A program made the translations under genes and the position numbers. Under the pieces are notes generated by a model that saw nothing but the letters and a program-made list of their open reading frames with translations, was not told the origin of the DNA and made no database searches. Shown one piece after another: positions 62,058 to 64,000 of a stretch of 64,000 nucleotides of DNA (its first letter is position 1; each line of letters starts with the position of its first letter). The stretch is from assembly GCA_965285935.1 (NCBI GenBank), contig OZ260667.1, forward strand, positions 32,426,001 through 32,490,000, read 5' to 3'. The stretch is from Ophelia neglecta (lineage: Eukaryota).

Positions 62058-64000
62058 ATGGACATGAGCGCAGTATTATACTCTTTATCTTATGTTCAAA
62101 AGCAAAATTAGAAAGAAGACAACAGCATATTCTCACACCAGTTTTAAACATGGTTTACATTACTATTATCTCTAGTTTAAGTAATTGCATATTATTTAGC
62201 ATGGTAATATAGGTCACATGCCACAAGGAACAATATTTCATTTTAGGTGTTATTTTAGATGGGAAGCAGTGCTTACTTTTGGTATCTGGTCGATTGGGTG
62301 TCTTTCATACTTACGCTAACGTTCTTTCTCCGGGGACAGGTGGAAGTGGGGTGGCATTTCCTATTTCCATGCTCCAACCAACCACCCAGATAGTGAACGA
62401 ATATGTTGACAAGGTTGGACAGGAAAATTAGGTCCGCACCGGACGAGAAGTGCGATGTTTTTTTTTACTAGACAGAATGTGTTTGGTGCAAGTCCTTTGC
62501 GCTTATTTTGTTGGCCGTCTCCCGTTTTATGCATCGTATGCCTTTCTGCCTCGAAACCTTGTTATTCGGAGTGAAATAAAAGGAAAAGATGATTAGTGTC
62601 TTCAGTTAGACACAGCCTAGAAATTTGGCTAATTTACTGGAGATTGTCTGAACGCTTCATTTAAGGGGAAGAAACGCTCTACAAACTTTTTTTTATTAAT
62701 ATTTACTGAAAAAACGGGCCTATATATTGAGATTACATTATTGTAGAATTTAAAATTGAACTGATTTGATATTTTAAGCAAAAAAATTATGTAGGCAACA
62801 GCAAAAGGGTGAATATTGTTCATTCCTATCACGGAACAAGAGCAGTGTGGACTGACTGTCATTGTAGGAAGGGTCTTACATAAAGCAGTGTTATATGTTT
62901 ATTGACATGCAATCATCGATTTAGGCTAAACATGACAGTTACAAATATAGCTTTGTATTGAAATATGTTTGGATGTTTTGTTTTAGATGTATTTCCATGT
63001 TGGAGTACACGAAACTATACTTTTCAAAGGATGGCATACCATGAATGCAGGAGGTACATGTATTGTTACATCAGTAAACGGATATTGATTTGAACCCACT
63101 TTCTTTCAGTCAAATCGAATTGGCACTTCTCTTCCAAATGAATAGGACTATGCCGTATAAAGATTATGCAAACTATTAACTTTTCAGTTAGAGATCATGA
63201 GTTTGAATTTCACGTCAAGATATCTTTCCTTTTTTAAGGTACTAATAAAAAAGAATACACATCAACAATGAAATTATACTTTTATACACTATATCAAAAT
63301 TAGCGAATTTCTAACATAGCCTGAGCTCAATATAACATTGATGTACACAGAGTTGGTTGGATCTTGTCTTGGTATCATTGTCTTGGCGTTGTTGTATGAG
63401 GGGCTGAGACTGCTGGCCTTAAAGCAACATCAACCAAAAGATAAAAACAACTATACTTTGTCACCTGTATCTTACATAAGTGGGAACCAGAATAGCTCCA
63501 ATGGAATTGGTAGCTCAGACATCACCCTGCAGGAACAAAGCCACTCGGTACACAGCAAAAATAACCAGGCAACTAAACAAGAAAGGTTAGTACAGCCATC
63601 CGTCAAACTAAGTGGAAAATAAGGCCAATTGCTTATCTTTTTCAATTCAGTTAAATTTTCATTCACTTTCGCAATAAATCGGAAAAAGCTTCACTACCGC
63701 AATCACTTTCTATAGATATGGATCTGTGAATAACATTGCGTGTATTGCGGATATTTTAAATTTATAGCAACAATGTATTTGATGGATGTATTAAAGTTAG
63801 AATAATTTGTTACATTTGATGGCGTTATGTATTCAGTGACAGCTCTTCGCTCCTGGGCCACCTGCTGAGCAGCTGTCTCCATATGTTGAACGTGTTTGTT
63901 AGCTACTGCCTGATGATGGTGTTCATGACCTTCAACGTGTATCTCTGTCTCTCCGTGGTACTCGGCGCTGGACTCGGCTACGCAGTCTTCTTCTGGAAAC
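62058..64000 (+). CDS. Ctr/SLC31-family copper transporter, 3' end outside the window
   Basis: Exons 62058-62072 (MDMSA, tentative), 62987-63053 (MYFH..ETILFKGW), 63351-63585 (TM1 ..LALLYEGL), 63837-64000 (HLL..LH..SYCLMMVFMTFNVYL...GAGLGY). MxxxM and GxxxG motifs are present. Confidence 0.92.

Overview
AT-rich, intron-rich genomic DNA from an invertebrate animal (GT-AG introns; no operons, rRNA, tRNA or CRISPR seen). By splicing exons by hand I read these genes from left to right. (1) The 3' part of a cell-surface protein gene with at least 16 symmetric phase-1 furin-like CxxC cysteine-rich exons (several recently duplicated together with a CR1 LINE fragment), ending in a Ly6/uPAR three-finger domain and a hydrophobic GPI-like tail. 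(2) A secreted CUB-CUB-CUB-Pro/Thr linker-CAP protein. (3) A Ubc12/UBE2M-like E2 with a ~400-aa acidic tail. (4) TADA2A on the minus strand. (5) An ankyrin-SOCS box gene with an intronless CDS, probably nested antisense in the first TADA2A intron. (6) A candidate 82-aa two-helix membrane microprotein. (7) A Ctr/SLC31 copper transporter running off the window end. The most striking element is a 7.9-kb Ngaro/PAT-type tyrosine-recombinase retrotransposon (20532-28457). Its split direct repeats (A1...B1-A2-B2) look identical and it has a TTT crossover core, yet its gag, RT/RNase H and YR are ruined and it carries tandemly amplified internal modules. Other mobile DNA: a Ginger-like element with Ulp1-protease and PHD remnants, hAT, pogo-like and MULE-like MITEs, and CR1 and I-clade LINE fragments. 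All gene models are manual reads without database searches.
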